A stretch of 64,000 nucleotides of DNA from an uncultured beta proteobacterium (GTDB lineage: Bacteria > Pseudomonadota > Gammaproteobacteria > Burkholderiales > Casimicrobiaceae), in the NCBI GenBank assembly GCA_963745385.1, contig CAVUXI010000023.1, forward strand, positions 5,622 through 69,621, read 5' to 3'. Below are positions 60,838-64,000 of this stretch, piece after piece; the stretch's first letter is position 1, and each line of letters opens with the position of its first letter. Both the position numbers and the translations under genes were made by a program. The notes beneath the pieces were generated by a model. That model was given only the letters and a program-made list of their open reading frames with translations, did not search any database and was not told the origin of the DNA.

Positions 60838-63306
60838 TTACTTTCCCGGAACGCGGCAGCAGTTTGCCGTCGCCGTCAAATGCGCTGACGCGCCCAAGTT
60901 GTTCGCGGTGCACGTCCATGTCGTATTGCCGCCGGAGGCTTTGTCCGACGTGAGCTTCATCGTTGTCGAATCGCTGTCGCAACTGCCGCTGTTCAGCGTG
61001 TAACCGGCGCTGCAGGCAGGCGAGACGGCGCTGCCGGTGCTGGCCGCGCCTATCGTCACCGCGCCCGAGGTGACCGTCGTGCAGGCGAGGGCGGTGGCGT
61101 CGGATACGACGAAGTAACCGACCACGTCGAAGATGAGGTGCGCGGACAAGCCAGTCGGCATCGCGAAGTAGATATTGTTGCTGGCGATCTGCGGAACGAT
61201 GTACATGGTCGACAAGCCTTGTCCGTGCGTGTAGTTCAAGGCGACCGTCGACAGCGTCGTGGTCAGGCTGTTGGCATCGCTCACGCCCAGGAAGGCATCG
61301 AAGTTCGGATTGAGGATGGTGATCACCATCGCCACGGCGTAAATGTCTGTGCCGGGCGGGGTCGTGAGACCGCAATCGGACGGCGTTCCCTGCTGGCCGT
61401 ACTGAGTCCAGTTGCCGCCAAGGCTGACGAAGCCTGGGATCTGCTTCAATGCCCCACCCACGATCGGTCCCTGGACGCCGCTGCCCAGCGTGGCGTGGCG
61501 CGTGTCCATGATCCGGCACGGCTCCAGCGGCTTGTAGACCACTGCGCGGGGGTTTGCGGGAACGCAGGATGGAAACTTGAACGAGCCGATGCGGTTATGC
61601 CAGTTGCCCGCGTTGCCGTTCGCCTGCGTATCGTAGTACTCGTTGGTGTACCAGAACGTGCACTCGTCGGCAGGATCGAGACTCATCGAGCTGTAATCGC
61701 CCCAACGATCGCAGGGATTGCCGGGGCCGCCGCAAAAGTTGTTCTGCGACCCGCCGCCGGCGATCATCTGACGTTCAGTCTGGGGCAGGGTATTCAGCGG
61801 ATCGGTCGCAAGCCTGCCCGAATAGGCGATGCTGGGAAAATTCGGCGCGCTTCCGTTCGAGGTCGTGTAGCCAAGCGCCATATTGCCCTGATTGTCGGTA
61901 GCGATGCTGCCCATGAAGCGATAAAGAAAGGTATCGGGTGCATAGATCTGCTGCTGCACGGGTGTCGTCGCGATCGTGCCGCCGCTGACGTTGATCTGAG
62001 CCCACTGCATTGCCGTCGGGCCCGCAGCGGAGCCTACGGGGTGCGTGACCCACAATGATTCGACGGGGCCGATCTTGCGGTACTGCACCTTCTGCATGAT
62101 GCGATCGTCGATCATGTCCAGCGTGTGCGTGGTGTTCGGCTGCGGCACGATGGCACCTGACTGGAAGGTGTAAGACGCCTGGCTGACGTTCACCGGCGCA
62201 CTGAGCGTGCCGCCGCCGCCGCAGTTCGCACCCGCCGCGAATTTCCTGACTTCGAATGCAAACGCTGAGCCGGATTCCGACACGAAGTAATTCGGCGTTC
62301 CGGGCAGCGGTGCATTCGTCCCTTTCGCCTGGTTGTTGCTGGGGATCAGCGTGAAGGCATTGCTTGCGGGACCCAGATAACCCAACGCATAGGTCAATGG
62401 GAGGCCGTTGTACATGTCCGAACGGCTGAACGAGCCAAACGCGACGCCGTCATAGTTGAAGCTGGGCGCGGCGAATTCGTTCACGCCGATATAAAGGCAG
62501 TCGTGCCAGAGCCCGAACTTAGGATAATCATTGAGCTCGCCGACCGGGGGCAATCCTGCGCCGCCCGGGTCCATTCGAATCGCATACAGCCAATACCCTC
62601 CCGCGACGGGGTCGCTCGTTTTGGAAGCGGCGATGCACTGGTAGAACGGACTGAGGGGAGTGAAGTTGGGCGAGCCACTGTCGGCGAAAGCAAACCAGCT
62701 CAACACAAAGCGGTCTGCCAGCCAGTCGTAGACCACGATCGGATCGCCATCGGAATGGCCGTTGCACGGCGAAGAACCCACCCCGCTCCACAGGTTGTTT
62801 TCCGTGAACGACGCGAGCAATGTGCCGGTCTTGCTGTAGATCCCTATCGCGGTATTGACCGCCTCGACGTAATGCTTCGGTCCGACGTCCCCGTTCGGAT
62901 CCGGCGGCCACCCCGAACCGCATTGACCGCCGGTGCAGGTATCGTTGAAGCTCAGTCCGGCGAAGTTCTGAATGGGGCTCGGCATCGGCAAGCGCGGACC
63001 GCCCGGGGGCTGGGGCGCCTCGATCGAGGGCGGAGGCGAGCCCTGGAACTTCGACGATGGCGGCCCGCGCAACAGCGGACGGTAAGGCCGCGGCTCGACT
63101 GTGCTTCTGGGCGCCAGCGGCAGCTTGCTCAAGTCGCCGTTGAACTCCGCCGGGAAAACCTTGGGCTGCGCGTAGGTGACGGCGTCGATCGCGGGATCCG
63201 CAGCACGACTGGGCAAGGAGCCGCACGTGAGTCCCGCAACCGCCAGCAACATGCCAATGCATAGGGTAGATGTTCTGCGTGACCGTGCCACGATTGCAAC
63301 TCGCAT
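60838..63306 (-). CDS. Secreted 822-aa protein: ~580-aa unassigned Gly/Trp/Tyr-rich N-terminal domain plus the shared CCRVPGK C-terminal module
   Basis: Signal peptide, RBS GGGAGACAGGG. N-domain features DPNGDVGPKHYVE and RWGDYSSMSLDP...FWYTNEY. C-terminal 233 aa are the shared module. Confidence 0.8.
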   Translation of the reverse strand: MRVAIVARSRRTSTLCIGMLLAVAGLTCGSLPSRAADPAIDAVTYAQPKVFPAEFNGDLSKLPLAPRSTVEPRPYRPLLRGPPSSKFQGSPPPSIEAPQPPGGPRLPMPSPIQNFAGLSFNDTCTGGQCGSGWPPDPNGDVGPKHYVEAVNTAIGIYSKTGTLLASFTENNLWSGVGSSPCNGHSDGDPIVVYDWLADRFVLSWFAFADSGSPNFTPLSPFYQCIAASKTSDPVAGGYWLYAIRMDPGGAGLPPVGELNDYPKFGLWHDCLYIGVNEFAAPSFNYDGVAFGSFSRSDMYNGLPLTYALGYLGPASNAFTLIPSNNQAKGTNAPLPGTPNYFVSESGSAFAFEVRKFAAGANCGGGGTLSAPVNVSQASYTFQSGAIVPQPNTTHTLDMIDDRIMQKVQYRKIGPVESLWVTHPVGSAAGPTAMQWAQINVSGGTIATTPVQQQIYAPDTFLYRFMGSIATDNQGNMALGYTTSNGSAPNFPSIAYSGRLATDPLNTLPQTERQMIAGGGSQNNFCGGPGNPCDRWGDYSSMSLDPADECTFWYTNEYYDTQANGNAGNWHNRIGSFKFPSCVPANPRAVVYKPLEPCRIMDTRHATLGSGVQGPIVGGALKQIPGFVSLGGNWTQYGQQGTPSDCGLTTPPGTDIYAVAMVITILNPNFDAFLGVSDANSLTTTLSTVALNYTHGQGLSTMYIVPQIASNNIYFAMPTGLSAHLIFDVVGYFVVSDATALACTTVTSGAVTIGAASTGSAVSPACSAGYTLNSGSCDSDSTTMKLTSDKASGGNTTWTCTANNLGASAHLTATANCCRVPGK

Positions 63307-63392
63307 GTCCCTGTCTCCCTTGACTACCCGCGCGCCATCATGCCACTAAATTCGCGCGTTGAAAATTGCGCTTGTTTGCTGGGACCCAGTTC

Positions 63393-64000
63393 TCATTTCC
63401 CGGGAACGCGGCAGCAGTTTGCTGTAGCAGTCAAATGCGCGGAGGCGCCGCCCGCATTGTTCGCGGTGCAGGTCCATGTCGTGTTGCCCCCGGACGCCTT
63501 GTCCGCCGTGAGCTTCATGCTTGCCGAATCGCTGAGGCAGCTGCCGCTGCCAAGCGCGTAGCCCGCGCTGCAGGCAGGCGAGACGGCGCTGCCGCTGCTG
63601 CTCGCGCCTATGGTTACCGCGCCCGACGTAGCTGTCGCGCACGCGAGGGCCGTGGCATCCGATACGACGAAATAGCCGACCACGTCGAAGATGATGTTTG
63701 CTGACAATCCCGACGGCATCGCGAAGTAGATGTTGTTGCCGGCGAGCTGCGGCACGATGTACATGGTCGACAGGCCTTGGCCGTGCGTGTAGTTCAAGGC
63801 CACCGTCGACAGTGTGGTGGTCAGGTTGTTGACGTCGCTCACGCCCAGGAAGGCGTCGAAGTTCGGATTCAATATCGTGACCACGATGGCGACCGCCTTG
63901 ATTGAAGTGCCGGGCGGATTGGTCAGACCGCAATCGGATGGCGCCCCCGGCTGGCCGTACTGGGTCCAGTTGCCGCCGAGGGTGACGAAGCCGGGAATCT
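63393..64000 (-). CDS. 3' part of a fourth gene carrying the shared CCRVPGK C-terminal module (5' end beyond the window)
   Basis: The reading frame is open from the window edge (...IPGFVTLGGNWTQYGQPGAPSDCGLTNPPG...) to CCRVPGK-stop at 63393. The ORF track lists only the part from an internal start codon (63884). Confidence 0.75.
   Translation of the reverse strand, partial: IPGFVTLGGNWTQYGQPGAPSDCGLTNPPGTSIKAVAIVVTILNPNFDAFLGVSDVNNLTTTLSTVALNYTHGQGLSTMYIVPQLAGNNIYFAMPSGLSANIIFDVVGYFVVSDATALACATATSGAVTIGASSSGSAVSPACSAGYALGSGSCLSDSASMKLTADKASGGNTTWTCTANNAGGASAHLTATANCCRVPGK

Noticed and set aside
54127-64000. The CCRVPGK terminus as a PEP-CTERM / LPXTG / GlyGly-CTERM-type sorting signal
   Set aside because: Those signals consist of a short motif followed by a TM helix and a basic tail. 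Here the protein ends 7 residues after the double Cys, with no hydrophobic segment.
54127-64000. Diversity-generating retroelement acting on the variable stretch of the C-terminal module (TTQTSGAVTIGAGSSGNATSP and variants)
   Set aside because: There is no reverse transcriptase and no template repeat in the window. The differences between copies are not confined to adenine-templated positions, and the copies are separate paralogous genes.

Overview
High-GC (about 65%) chromosomal segment from a Gram-negative, probably proteobacterial, genome. All function calls come from reading the ORF-track translations for motifs. No database search was possible.

Content in order:
- An adenylate-cyclase/NB-ARC/TPR STAND protein.
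- Two abutting MITE-like elements.
- Housekeeping and accessory genes: DHDPS-family aldolase, a (Ser-Ala-Gly)n repeat protein next to a PrsW-family protease, a serine hydrolase, a trans-sulfuration PLP enzyme, a VWA protein, a CHRD protein, cstA-ybdD, and a PAS-GGDEF-EAL protein.
- A block of frameshifted genes: beta-propeller, creatininase, serC, phosphoglycerate dehydrogenase.
- A DUF1446-type pair.
- A hydroaromatic/protocatechuate catabolic region: split dehydroshikimate-dehydratase-like pair, TRAP transporter, aroQ, pcaR, pcaIJ-pcaF-pcaHG-pcaD-pcaC, pobA.
- Two Liv-type ABC transporter loci.
- An LpxL-like acyltransferase and an Sfp-type PPTase.
- At 54.1-64.0 kb, a co-directional array of secreted proteins. 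Their N-terminal parts are unrelated, but they share one ~230-aa C-terminal module ending in CCRVPGK. I cannot assign this module to a known family, and it is the best candidate for something undescribed.

Other notable points:
- A 162-bp TA-flanked MITE family has 3 near-identical copies plus 1 degenerate copy. It sits exactly on stop codons and regenerates TAG.
- A second repeat family (138-172 bp) is present in two copies.
- Frameshifts are strikingly patchy: three blocks are riddled with indels while adjacent genes, including a 4.7-kb ORF, are intact. This could be patchy assembly error or real gene decay.

No rRNA, tRNA, CRISPR array, transposase or integrase was recognised by eye.
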